Below are positions 39,575 to 51,212 of a stretch of DNA of 64,000 bases, in pieces. Source of the stretch: Coniocarpon cinnabarinum (lineage: Eukaryota); the NCBI GenBank assembly GCA_051942205.1, contig JAVECO010000117.1:1-64000 (forward strand), in the 5' to 3' direction. Each line of letters opens with the position of its first letter. Position 1 is the first letter of the stretch. A program made the translations under genes and the position numbers. The notes under the pieces are model-generated. The model was not told the origin of the DNA. It did not search any database and saw only the letters and a list, made by a program, of their open reading frames with translations.

Positions 39575-39932
39575 GCTCAGGAGTGCGTTCAACAATCAGC
39601 TTTTCGACGACGCCTTTTTCACACGCAAGGCCATGAAAATGAGATTGTTTCATCTCTTTCGGGACTAGCGCGAAATGTGGAGCAACAGGCACCCAGAACT
39701 CGCACCTACTTGGCGAAAGCATAGTCAGTCTGTATAGATAGCTCTGTGGAGCATACGGATGCACGATTATACGTTCTAACAGCGCATGAGTTAGGGAATG
39801 GTGTAATGTACTGAGGTAGTAAGTGCTTTATGGTAGTCCCAAATCGTTCAACATGTGGGCAGTACGTCCAATCTACAATTCTCCCTCAAACACCCCATAG
39901 CGCCAAACGCAATGCGATCGACTTATACTTCA

Positions 39933-41881
39933 TCATGCTGCCGTGCTTGCCCCGGATCCATTATGCTTGCTTCGAAATGGGAAATGCTGATGTTTCTTCT
40001 TCTTCTCCTGCTGCTCCTTCTCCTTTTTTTTCGCGGCATCGGCCATCAGCTGTTCAAAGACCATGTTTTCATTTTCCTCTTCAGGTGTCCGATGGGCTTC
40101 CTTCATGATGCTGCCAATGATGCATAGAGCCTCAGCGCGGTCCCTCTGCTTGTGTTTCGAGACGGATGGGTCCAATAGTACTTGGTCGCAAACTTCCCGC
40201 AGTACGCCCTGGATCTCGAATTTGCTGCCTCGCCAAGCGGCGGCGAGGATCTTCCCAGTCACCTTCCTCTCATAGTCCGCACGAGCTTCATCTGTCCAGG
40301 CTTCACCGCCTTTCTCTTCGGCTCTGGCCATTTCTTCCATGGTGGATTGTGCATCTAGGGCTGTCGAGACAGTGCCCCAGATGTCTTTGACCATCCCTCC
40401 TTTCTGCCTTATTCGATCGAAAAAGCCGCCTGAGCCAAATATGTGCTTTTGTCTCAGATAGTTGGAGCCTTTCATGAGATACACGTCCCCAATGGCATGT
40501 AGGATCTCAATACCGAAACTTTCCATCTTCATGCTCTCCCGCTCGAGCTTGGTCTTTTCTCGGAATGCGGTGGTAACGTGATCTTTGTTGGATGCTTCGG
40601 TCCACACTGAGACTCGGTTGACGAGCTTTTCGGCGAGCTGATCAACACGCTCCTTGCGCACGCGTTTGCGCTCCTCTTCGTATCGCTGCAGCTCAGCTTG
40701 CTGCTCTTTGCTAAGGCCTTTCTTCTTCTCTTTGGCACGCAGTTCTTTTTCCTGAGCGCTCACACCAGCAATATGGTCACGGCCGTGTCCCTCTGGATCG
40801 TCCATGATTGCAAGCCGCGTTGGAACTCCGGACGGTCGCTGTTGCGAATATGGGCTCTGGGTCACGTCGTCAGAAGTGCTTGCTGCAGATTGCTTGGCGC
40901 CTGTGTCTTCCGTTGCCGTCGTCGCAGCAGTGGAGGCCGAACGGCTGTCTGCAGTGGAAGCTGTGGTAGGATCATTGCTGAACACGGACGATCTTCCGTC
41001 GTTTAATGGTTGAGGAGTCGTAGAATCCGCACCAGTGGTGGGATCTTGTGCAAAAGCCGATGGTTTTCGTTCCCCACTTGATGCACGCGCGCCTGCATCA
41101 TCAACCGGATTTTCGCCGCTCGTTGCCGCTCGCGTTGCGGCGCTTTGAGAAGGTGTTCTTGACTGTGCCGCGCTACTACTGTTTGAGATAGACTGACGGT
41201 GCTCTATTCCATTTGAGGACTTCCCATTTTTCTTTGCGTCAATCTCCGTCGCGGCTTGCTTGTCGACTTCTTCTTGCTCCTTCTCAAACTTCTCCGACAT
41301 CTCCATCGTGCCCATCAAGTCTTTCATTAGCGATATTTCGCCAATCCTATCCGCATCGTCAGCGACACGTTTCGTCGATGGTACGGTGTGCGGATGACGG
41401 CTGACCAGTCCACAAATGCTTCGCCGCCGAATATCATAGTGAAAAACTCAGTAGGATCCTCTGCGCCAGGTCGTCAGCATAATCTCCGAGGCAGGCCAGT
41501 GAGATGAACACAGCGGTCATACCGAATCCACTGCTGGGCACTGCCGACTCTTTGCCATTTTTATCGTATGCTGCGCGCAACTGGGGATCGCTGAGAACTT
41601 GGTACGCTTCGCCAATCTGTGAGTGTTGGTTAGAACTGGTGTTCCGCCCGAATACCTGAATCAGTTCATGCGCAAATACCTCTTGGAACTTTTGATGGGC
41701 TGTGTCATCATTAGGATTCTTGTCTGCAAACTCTGTTAGCAGCGAGCGAATTGAGTAGTGCATGATTGAGCGTACCCGGATGCAATTTGATCGCTAGTTT
41801 TCTGTAGGCCTTCTTGATCTCCACTTCGTTCGCATCTGGGCTCACGCCGAGAGCATCATAGTACTGTGTATCGGCAACCAT
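39933..41881 (-). CDS. J-domain protein with DnaJ-X domain (Djp1/Caj1-like), multi-exon
   Basis: [13 protein letters not shown]…[70 protein letters not shown]. Confidence 0.9.
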
Positions 41882-42313
41882 TTTGTATGGTCCACTGGCG
41901 AATATTATCTATAATTGTGGAAGAGTTGGCAAGGTTTGGCCAGCGATTGGGGAAAATACTGTTATTGCAAGGACAGGTAATCGCTTATTGGCGGCACACG
42001 CGTTGCGCGGGGGCGCAAGCTCCGCACACGTGAGCGGCACCCTGGTCATGCTATATTCTGATTTATACATCTCTGTTCCAGCTTCAATCCATTCGTCTTG
42101 AATGTGAAGCATGACCAGGAGTGATTTCGGTATTCTCAATTCAACTTGGCGAATTAACTATTGCTACCTGACCTCGAATGCGCCGTCGAATATGCTACAT
42201 TAATTCATGCATCTTCATACCACCATGACGATTTCAGTCATGCCTCCGATGCATTGGCATAGAAAGTGCCGTGAACTGCTTCTCCCCAACGCCTCGCTGC
42301 ACTGCATTCGCAA

Positions 42314-43206
42314 TCAGACGACAAGTCTAGCGCGCGCGCGAGAACTGCCAGAGTGTGAGGCCTCGGTATGCCCAGTGAACTCGACCTGCTCCACCTCGCG
42401 CAACTTCAATGCCTCCTTGAATTTACGTCCAATGCGAGTGAGCACTTCTTTGCCCTGATCTTGAGTGCGGCCTTTGCCTCCGGCGCCATTGCCATCGCCC
42501 CCACCTGGAACTGGCTTGCCTGTGGTCTTAGTCCAGAGGCCAATACGATAGAATGTTTTGCGCACGTTGACGACGACACCCATAACCTCTCCGTCATTGT
42601 CGTCCTCAATGGTCTCGCCGATAGCTGCAAGCATGACCTGTAGCCATAGATCGTCGATAGGAACGCCTTTCCGCTCCTTCGTTGTGTAGGCCCACTTGCC
42701 CCCGTGTTTATTTTGCAGATCCTCCCACTCTGGGCGCACACCTTTCTTGAAAAGGTGATAGTCGGCCTTGACTGGCAGCTCAGATGTCGGCGTTATGTTG
42801 TTCTGTACAGTGTTAGGTCAATCCACTTCGAGCAACCGAAACTCAATACTCACGTAGACGCCCCAGAACTCTTCAACGGTGTCGAATGTGATGACTTCCT
42901 TTAACAAATCGTTCCAGTTGTCACCCTTGAGAGATGTCAGATTGACGTAACAGATTACACCCAAGAAGGCATGCGCACCTTGCCACTGGGTGGCTTCGTA
43001 AACCAGAGAGTCCAGGTGTGAGCCAGTGGGTGCTTGACGTTGAAATTGTTGGGGTCATGAAAGACAGTGACAGCATCACCATTTTCAAAAGAAGAGTCCT
43101 GGTCCAACTTGTCTCCATTCTCCGTCTCAGCGACGCCATTGGGAGAGACAGGAATCGTGTCAAGAGGTACCGGAGAAGTCGGTGCGGCAGCTGTCGCAGC
43201 GGCCAT
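42314..43206 (-). CDS. Translation initiation factor eIF4E (3 exons)
   Basis: KHPLAHTWTLWF, DNWNDLL…TVEEFWGVY, DYHLFKKGVRPEWED…GGKW, GVVVNVR…RIGLWT. Confidence 0.95.
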
Positions 43207-45357
43207 GATATTTGGAAGCCTTGGGTCTGATGTTTAGACAGGTGCTCCAATATGTCTGACTTGTGTGGGGAGGTCAATGAGGCTGGAAGATGTTGAGAGA
43301 TGCTCCCAGAAGATCGTGGAGGCAGTTACGAAGCGGTTAGGAAGTTGCGTGGGGGATCGGATACGCCTAGCAGAAGGCGCAAAAGCTAGACGAAGCGCAA
43401 ACACTGCAGTAAGACGATTCAAGGTGAGACAAGACTGAAAGTTCCTCCTCATTCATCTCCACTGTGACAGTAGGTAATCTCTGGCAGAGGAAATGGTTTT
43501 GGTTCTCTAATCTTTATTATTCCCTTTTATGGCAAGCTATGATATATTCATTGAGGGTCCAACGTTGCGACCACGTGATCTAGCGATCTTCCTTAGGCGT
43601 CAAAAAAAGATCACCTAGGTAACTTGAGCTCATGAAGCGTGACAAGGACGCAGGTATAATGCTGCTCCATTCCCAGGAAGATAACACTTCTCGTACGGAT
43701 GTATATGAGAGGTTGTATCTGGACACAGGCGCAGAACAGTGTGTAGGGAAATTTCTTTTTTTTTCAAGAAGAATCAGATGTACTTGAGCTAGATACAGGA
43801 GTCGACTACGCGAAGAACAAATCTCTTCAAACCGAGAATTATGTTACGCAACATTAATAAGATAAGAGAATAAGAAGCGAAAGTAAGGCAGCAAGCTTGA
43901 CAATGGCTTAATCCTTTATGTATTCTCTATATTATCGTCAACATTATAGATCTAGATTGTAGATCAAATGTCTAGTATACAAGTACCTTAGCATGGACTC
44001 GATTTTGAGTTTGATACAAGAGACTCCGAAGCTAGCATCTGAAACTGAAGAGTTCTCCAAGAAATTTTTTTAAAGCTTAAAGTAACTTGTCAAAATAGAC
44101 TGTCATTGAATAACACTTTTCTCATAACAAATCACTAAAGTACAGTCGACTGAATAAGTTTTTGAATGGATAAGTAGGATTCTAATTTGTAAGATGCTCT
44201 AGCTATATTTTGTTTCCGAAAACCCAAATTGTTTTTCACAAAGTCTTGACTTCGTCTTCATAAACCCACATCAGATTCTCTACTAGGCTTCCGTGGTACG
44301 ACATAGATTATCTTCACACCGATCTGTCCGAGTCGTTAGCTGTCGTGAGCTTATGAAGGTTTCCACAACCCATGAGAAGATTGTAGAAAACCACATTAAA
44401 GGATTAATAGCCTCACACTTAAGGAAGAAAGTCACTTCTTGAAACTTCGACAGTACGATAAGTTACTTCCCGAACCATCGATCTGGTCTACAAGCTATAA
44501 AACAGATGGATTCATTGCGCTAGTTGTACGCTATCCTGGGACACAGGTAGAGCTTAGTACTCTCCTACAGAGTTTATGGGAATTCCTTGAACTCTTGACA
44601 CATTTGAGGGATGTAGGAGGAGAAGTGCGCAACAGCGCCCCCAGAGCGTCAAATGGCATCAACATCTGGCATGCGATACAGAAAACCTCGTTTGGACGAG
44701 TTTTATGTAGCTTTTTGTAATGGAATTTCACTGTCGCAATTCAAATCGTTGGCTTCAGAGATGTGGTTTGCGGCTCGTTGCAGGCATAGCGATAGCCTTT
44801 TGCAGCCTCACGCGCGACATCTCGCCAATACTGCTGGACATCTTGTCACTTTTTCTTGACTTGTATCTGGCTGACGGCATGCTGTTCAAGAGCGCATCTC
44901 CTATTCATCACTTCAAGCGTAGTAGTCGTCTCTCGGCACGCGTTTCTGGAAGCTATTCCAAAAAACTTGCATTTCTCTTCGCAAAAAAAAGACAAAGCAA
45001 GATTCATGGAGCATCACTGCCTGTGTGCTATCGTAGGAGTGTTGTTGATCATCAGGCACCAGTGTTAAAAGACCGTTTGACACTCCATCGTCATTGCCGT
45101 AGTCGAGTGTCCAGTTCTATGCAGTCTCAGCTTCATTGAGCCACTGCAACCTGATTTACAACTATGTCCTACCATCTCTATAAGTAATCACATAATCTAG
45201 CACGCTCACCGTCCTTCATAATGTCCCTCGTCGCCGTGTCAGCTCGCTTGTGCTGTCAACTCATCAGAAAGACACAAATTCCACCCTGACACCTCAAACT
45301 CAACCCCCAGCTCTTCACAAAGCCAAAATAAAACAGCAGAACAGCAAAAGAACAACG

Positions 45358-45453
45358 AGCTTGTACCAGGATTCGAACCTGGGTTATCGGAAGCTTGACG
45401 TTGACGTTGCCGTCGATCAAAATCCGAAGTGATAACCGCTACACTATACAAGC
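45358..45453 (-). tRNA. tRNA-Gln(TTG) with 24-nt canonical intron (45393-45416)
   Basis: GCTTGTA…TACAAGC-T acceptor stem, A box TAGTGTAGCGG, TCGGA/TCCGA anticodon stem, B box GGTTCGAATCC, TTTT downstream. Confidence 0.93.
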
Positions 45454-45703
45454 GAGATGAAAATTCGGAGATTTTCGAACCCCGAAGCCTGACCGCTTTT
45501 TCACACGGCGATTTCAAGCAGATGTGGCTAGTAAATATTATATATAATCTTGTTTCTCTCCAGATAAAAAAACGACCCATCGAAGTGCTTTTCTGGCGGA
45601 AAATAGGGACTATGAAAAGGGAGTGACTCCCCTTATTAGGGTTAAAGTTAGGGTTACAAGCGCTGCAAGAGCTCATAAGGTAAGGGCACACTACTTGTTC
45701 ATC

Positions 45704-45870
45704 GCAAGGTCCTTATCGTAGATACTTGCCGCACTCTTATTACGCGTCTTGTGAGTTAAAAGACCTCTCGCTGTTGTACTCATACCTTCGGAACACAGAC
45801 TTCTTTCGTCATACAGGCTCGTCGCCTGGACTACAAGCCCGCGTGGGCTGGCAATGAGCATTTGTCTTGA
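45704..45870 (+). repeat. Diverged ~166-bp element
   Basis: GCAAGG…TACTTGCCGCAC…GCGTCTT…GACCTCTCGCTGTTGTACTC…TACAGGCTCGTCGCCTGG. Confidence 0.75.
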
Positions 45871-46504
45871 GGAGTAATCAAGCGTCAAAGCTGGAACACG
45901 ACAGCAAAATTCTCTGTAGATCTACGAAGCATTGCTTATATTGACAATACTCGATGCTAGTGGAGTCTGAGCTTTTTACTGGATAAATTTCTCGAGCTTT
46001 AACTGATGGGCACTTGCATACGAATCACTAGTGCTATACACACCTCATGAAGCGCTGTTGGACCGTCTACGTCTTGCTCTCCTTGACCGTCGGTCCGCGC
46101 TGATGCGTTCCGGTGTCAGCGCCAAAGCCCATAGTATCTATCCTTCCGGACTTCTTTCAAGAAGGGTACACTTGTCACGATAGGTGGTGCTCCGCATAGC
46201 ATCATCAACGGCCAGACGGGCCCGTGGGGGACTCAGTGGACTCACATTGGCGGAGTACCAACTAAGATTCTACTTGGAAAGAATGCTCGTCTGGGCTGTC
46301 GGCGCTAAGCGACTTTACTCGAGGAAGGACTTAAGAACTCGGCGAAGAGCGTCTTCCAGGCCCCTGCTACTGCAAGAAATTGGCAAGTAATGCAAAGGAC
46401 CTCGTTTGGATGAAGAATAATACAAATGTCTTCTAATAGATGAGGTTCTGATGCATCAAGTCGTCAATAGCAAGTGACACGATGATGAGTTTTAAACAGA
46501 TGCG

Positions 46505-46668
46505 TTTAGGGCTACAGACAAAAGTCATCACTAAATATCAGTCTAGGCGGCGATCCTGTGCGATACACAAGATTTGGATGAAATAGCCGTGGGCACGATA
46601 GCGAACGACTCTCGTGCCTCATAAGCTGCTATAAAAATGCGGCAAGTGCTGTTCTGCTTGATCCTTAC
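46505..46668 (-). repeat. Diverged ~166-bp element
   Basis: Plus strand reads GACAAAAGTCATC…CTAGGCGGCGATCCTGTGCGATA…TGCGGCAAGTGC, the reverse of the consensus. Confidence 0.7.
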
Positions 46669-47146
46669 ATCACAAATTGCGAATTCATGCGTTATACTGC
46701 ATACTTTATCTTGGAGTACTGGAAGCCGCTGGATTTTCCTGACTTCATTCTGATGATTGAGCGTGGCATCCACCCGCGCGTAAGTCCTAAAAATCCCATT
46801 AGATATCGTGCGAGCTCCGGCCAATTTGTCTGCATCAAGTTTTATTGCTATTCTCTACATGCTGAAATAGCCTGTGGCTGCTATACTCAGGTCACCCTGG
46901 GTCACGACGATTCATTCGAGATGGTGGTGTGTTGGGCGATCTGAATCTGGTTTTCCCTGACCGCCACCAGAAACAGGTATCAAATCTTGATGGCCTGGGT
47001 CACCGCTACTTTACGCCAAGCTAATCAAATGATCCGAAAGAATTCAAGCTCCACAATCCTCCTTTGCTTGCTCGTCCCAACATTTGTCTCTTTGGTCAGA
47101 TATTCCAAGCCCACGGCCCAACCTCATCACAACAAACTCATTCAAA

Positions 47147-47449
47147 ATGCCACTCCTGGTCTCTGACAGACACCATGGAACAATCTTGAAACTTGCAGAA
47201 GCTAATGAAACTCTATATCCATTTGCACGAGTCTTTGGCCAAGAAAATCTGTTTTCTCCCTTGTGGACTATTCATCAGCCTGCCGTCGAGTTCCACGGAA
47301 ATCCTCCTCCTCCATACTCTGCATTCACTGAAAATACCATGGACTAGACGTTACTGGAAGACATTTGGCGTTCAGCACTCGTGGAGGCGAAAGAGTCGGG
47401 CCTTGGTTAGCGCTTGATTAAGTATCTTGTTCTATTTTCGTATGACTGA
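47147..47449 (+). pseudogene. Disrupted paralogue of the 48143 ORF (in-frame TAG at 47345 and 47408)
   Basis: MPLLVSDRHH…LYPFARVFGQENLFSPLWTIHQPAVEF…MD*TLLEDIWRSALVEAKESGLG*RLIKYL aligns with the 48143 ORF. Confidence 0.75.
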
Positions 47450-47574
47450 CTCTTCCTCTAGATCCTGCGGGCTTGTGCCCGCCATCAGGATCGCCCAAAT
47501 CGTTGCTCTGGTGTCAGTAGAACTATCCTACCATGGATCAACTCGAGATACTCGACACTCTTAACAAGTCGATA

Positions 47575-47897
47575 AAGGCCTTATAGAATAGCACTTGCCG
47601 CACTACAATTTAGCAGCTTCTTGCTCCTAAAAGGCTATCGCTGTTGTACTCGTAGGTTTGTAACTACAATTATGCTTATTATACAGGCTCTTTGCCTAGG
47701 ATGAGATCTGGCAACGACTTTTGTCGGTGACCCTTACGGCAAAGGTTGCGGACCAGAACTCGTGATAGAATCCTAATCTAATCAATAAGCCTCTGCGACA
47801 AGAGATAGTAGGCCACAGCGCTATGAGATTGATGGCGTACAGCGTCAAATCCTATACAACGCTAAGTTGTGGCACGGCGAGTATTGTTCTTTGAGCC
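47575..47897. repeat. Inverted pair of ~166-bp elements (47575-47740 +, about 47745-47897 -)
   Basis: The + copy closely matches the consensus; the reverse complement of the second reads ATACTCGCCGTGCCACAACTTAGCG…CGCCATCAATCTCATAGCGCTGTGGCC…CAGAGGCTT. Confidence 0.7.
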
Positions 47898-48142
47898 TAT
47901 CGCAGTTTGAAGGGCGATCCGAATGGTTTTCCCGTGCCGCCGTCCGAACAAGTCTCAAATCTTGATTTCCTGGGTCACTGCTACTTCAGACGGAACGCTT
48001 TTTCAAGCAAAGCTAATGCAATTCAATGGCCTGATAGATTTTGAGCTCCCACAATCCATGTCTCCTTACTTGTCTTGCTAGTTGTCTCTCTGATCACACA
48101 TTAGGTTCTATTGCCCGGCCCATTCTATATCCTCATCAAAAA

Positions 48143-48454
48143 ATGCCGCTACTCGTTTTCTCTCGACACTATAGCTCAGCCTTCCAATTAGCAGAAGCTA
48201 CTAGAACTCTGCATCCATTTGCCCGTGTGTTTAATCAACAAACTTTATTTGCGCAATTATGGTCGATACACAGGCCTCCCGTCGAGTTTGATCCATACAA
48301 CAAACCAACACCATACCCCGCATCAGAAGAACCAATTATGGACCCCAATTTGCTTGATACTATTTGGCGACCAGCATTAGCCGATGCTGAAGAAGTGGGA
48401 CTTGGTTTGTGCCTAACCAAGTACCTCCGTCTACTGTTGTATCTGCCTAGGTAA
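48143..48454 (+). CDS. Orphan ORF (~103 aa), possibly truncated by the adjacent repeat array
   Basis: Homologous to the 47147 copy, including ~200 bp of upstream sequence; its stop lies inside the first repeat unit. Confidence 0.4.
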   Translation: MPLLVFSRHYSSAFQLAEATRTLHPFARVFNQQTLFAQLWSIHRPPVEFDPYNKPTPYPASEEPIMDPNLLDTIWRPALADAEEVGLGLCLTKYLRLLLYLPR

Positions 48455-48900
48455 CGAGCCCGCACGATAAGAACAATCCGGGTCACAGAGTGTCGAGTAC
48501 AGCGGCTAAAGTGCTTTACGATTTAAAAGACGTAGAATTAAAGTACGGCAAGTACTTTCCTGCGAGGGTCTTGCGGCAAGGGTAAGGGACAACAGTCATT
48601 ACTAAAACTCAGCCTAGGCATCTAGCCTATACGATAAGCATGATCTAAGTTACAAACCTATGGATATAGCAGCGATAGGCTTTTGTCAGTCACAAGACGC
48701 TGAATTATAATACAGTAAGTACTGTTGTGCGAGGACCCTGCGGTGGACAGAACACATTCATAGATTTCAGTCCAGGCAGCGAGCGTCTACGCTAAGGCCA
48801 TTACTACTCACATTGCTATAAGTATGATGGCCAAAGCACCTTAACGCCTTGTCAAGGGCTTAATTGTGATGTGGCAAGTACTCTCTTTCATGGCTCTAAG
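48445..48900 (-). repeat. Head-to-tail array of three ~166-bp elements (about 48445-48574 truncated, 48576-48741, 48742-48900)
   Basis: Each reverse complement carries GTACTT(G/A)C and an AG/GG-GCT…CCT(A/G)G block matching the consensus. Confidence 0.8.
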
Positions 48901-50477
48901 CAAACCAAAAATCATTCTTCACAACGATCCCCTACAGTATCGAGCAGCACATAACAAACGCAAAGGATGTCATTCACTCAGGTAGAAAAAATCTCGATAT
49001 ATATGTCGCTGAGCACCCTGAGACTGACTTTGTTGTTCTCAACGAAACAATGGTGTTTGACAGGTTGGCTTTCATGAGCGTCTGGAGAAACGCACAGAGA
49101 GAAGTCCAGCAGTTGCACTTTTCTGTGCAACACTCCGAACTCTTGATACACGCCGACCAGAAGAGGACGGAGACAGCTCGTTACGTGGATTTCATACTGG
49201 ACACTGTAATGGATTTGTCATTCGGCCGGCTTTCATATTCGCGGGTCTTATTCTTCAATCCAGGCGCAATGATTTTGGGACATTTTGGGTCTGAACAAGG
49301 GCCTGATCTGAAGCCCGAAAAGTTCCAATCGTCTTCCGAGAACAGATGTCCGCCGCTGCACAAGATGATGGCCACGAGGCTGGACCGGTGGAAAAGAAGA
49401 GAAACATTCCGCGATCCCTAGAGCACGATCGTTGCTAGATAAAGGACGTTAGAGATCGAGCAATAGTACAAAGAGTACTCTGAAGAGGTGGTTCATTCTC
49501 TTGGCATGAAGCGGATCTGCCTTTGATGCTTTGTTGAGCCTCTACCAATTGGAGACAGCTGTGTTTTTCTGCGTCCAAACGAGGCTTTTTGCATTGCTTG
49601 CTAATTTCTTGCGATAAGGAAGACCCTGGATGCACTCTTAGTCCTACATTCCCATTGACCAAAATCGCTCAACGTCAACAGCCCAATCGAGCATTCTTTC
49701 TATGTAAGATCTGAGCTGGTACTCAACCAATGCGAATCTACTGAGTCCTGCGCGGGCCTATCTGGAATTGAATGCGCTATGCCAAGTGGTCCATGTTGCG
49801 AGAAGTTTATGTCACTTGCGAGAAGTCTAGAAGAATACTGCTCCGCTCCGAGCTGTTCGTGCTACGAGGCCGTGACTTGCGCCTGTCTGGTGCCTCTCCG
49901 TGATGCAGTTCGTCCAGAATCGACTTGCCAAAGCAATGTTCAAGCCGAGAGTGCATGAGGCGCTGTAGAAAATTAAACAACGCAATTAATTATGTATACT
50001 AGCTCTGAAGGGCTAGGGATGGGCCATGTGGATGTTTTCAACAAGAATTCAGTAACTCATGATAGCAAGTTCGTCCAGATCTGTGGTATGGTTAAAAGCG
50101 CTTGGACATATGGAAGGATTAGCGCCTGGTTGTGCACTCCTTCAGCTCCTTGCATTGGCTGATGAGAAAAGCAGCGGCGCTACCAAAGTCAGGTAAGTTT
50201 CTCGCGCGGTGGTATTCGAAGGCGCCTTTTTCTCCAAACTGTTCGCATGACACCAGATTTATCTCCAACGTTTGACTTGACAGACCCTGCAAAGATCCCT
50301 TGGCCAACAATGTCCATGATAGGATCAGTCCAGAGCTGTTTGTTAGTAAACAAAGACTGTCTCTCCTGTTTCCTCAAAGCTCATTATTACGTCTAAACGG
50401 ATATAGTGATATGATAATTGGAGATAGCTGTACTATAGGGAGTCAGGTAAAATGAACCCTAAAGATGACGTCGTTGA

Positions 50478-50612
50478 ACGCGATCAACGCGTAGAAGACG
50501 CGTGCTCTCACTGCCTCTGAACAGTCTCGACCTACTGGTAACGAGCGCGCAGTAGACTATACAAATCCCTCCAGCTCGGCATTGCTATCTGCGAAATCGA
50601 CTCGATACGCGT
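50478..50612. promoter_or_regulatory. Cluster of MCB-like (ACGCGT/ACGCGA) sites upstream of the 50688 gene
   Basis: ACGCGA 50478; ACGCGT 50487, 50498, 50607. Confidence 0.5.
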
Positions 50613-50687
50613 TATTTCAGCGCACGGAGCCCGTCTCTTTAAGCCTCATCAATACCACCTGTCATCGCACGCCTCCAGCTACCAGAA

Positions 50688-51212
50688 ATGACACTAAAAC
50701 GCAAGCGCTCCTCATCACTAACATCCTCTCCGTCATCCACATCCTCTACAACCTCTACAACCTCCAACACCTCCAGGGATCCATACCCGTCAACATCCCA
50801 CCCACCAATCCATCAACCACCCCTCACATTCAGCTTCGCATCAACACCCCAAAATGAAAGCGGTCGCACACTCAAAAGATCACGAGATGATCGACCCTCT
50901 GAATTCATAATCCACACTCATACCCTCGATCTCCTCCGAGATGGCTCAAAGCGGGCACTCAGTCCTACATTTCTACAGGAGCAAGAGCAAGAAGACGGCG
51001 ATGAGATGAGGGATGAGGGTGATGAAGAAGGTTTTGAGTTGCCTGCGGCGATGGAAAGGGACCAAAGAGGGCTAGAAGCGTGCTGGGGTATAGCAAGTAA
51101 TGGGACACAAGCGAAGCAGAATGGAATAAGAGGGAGTGATAGGTTTGGAGGAGTGAATGAGATTACGGAGGGTGAAAGGGGCCAGAGGAGTTTGATGGAG
51201 TGGTGGAGATGA
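50688..51212 (+). CDS. Hypothetical protein (174 aa) with two PIP-box-like motifs
   Basis: Clean ATG ORF; basic LKRKR; GRTLKRSRDDRPSE…IH motif; QRGLEACW and terminal QRSLMEWW. Confidence 0.65.
   Translation: MTLKRKRSSSLTSSPSSTSSTTSTTSNTSRDPYPSTSHPPIHQPPLTFSFASTPQNESGRTLKRSRDDRPSEFIIHTHTLDLLRDGSKRALSPTFLQEQEQEDGDEMRDEGDEEGFELPAAMERDQRGLEACWGIASNGTQAKQNGIRGSDRFGGVNEITEGERGQRSLMEWWR

Noticed and set aside
49050..49421. 123-aa ATG ORF in the gene-poor island
   Set aside because: No recognisable motif or supporting splice structure; may be a relic
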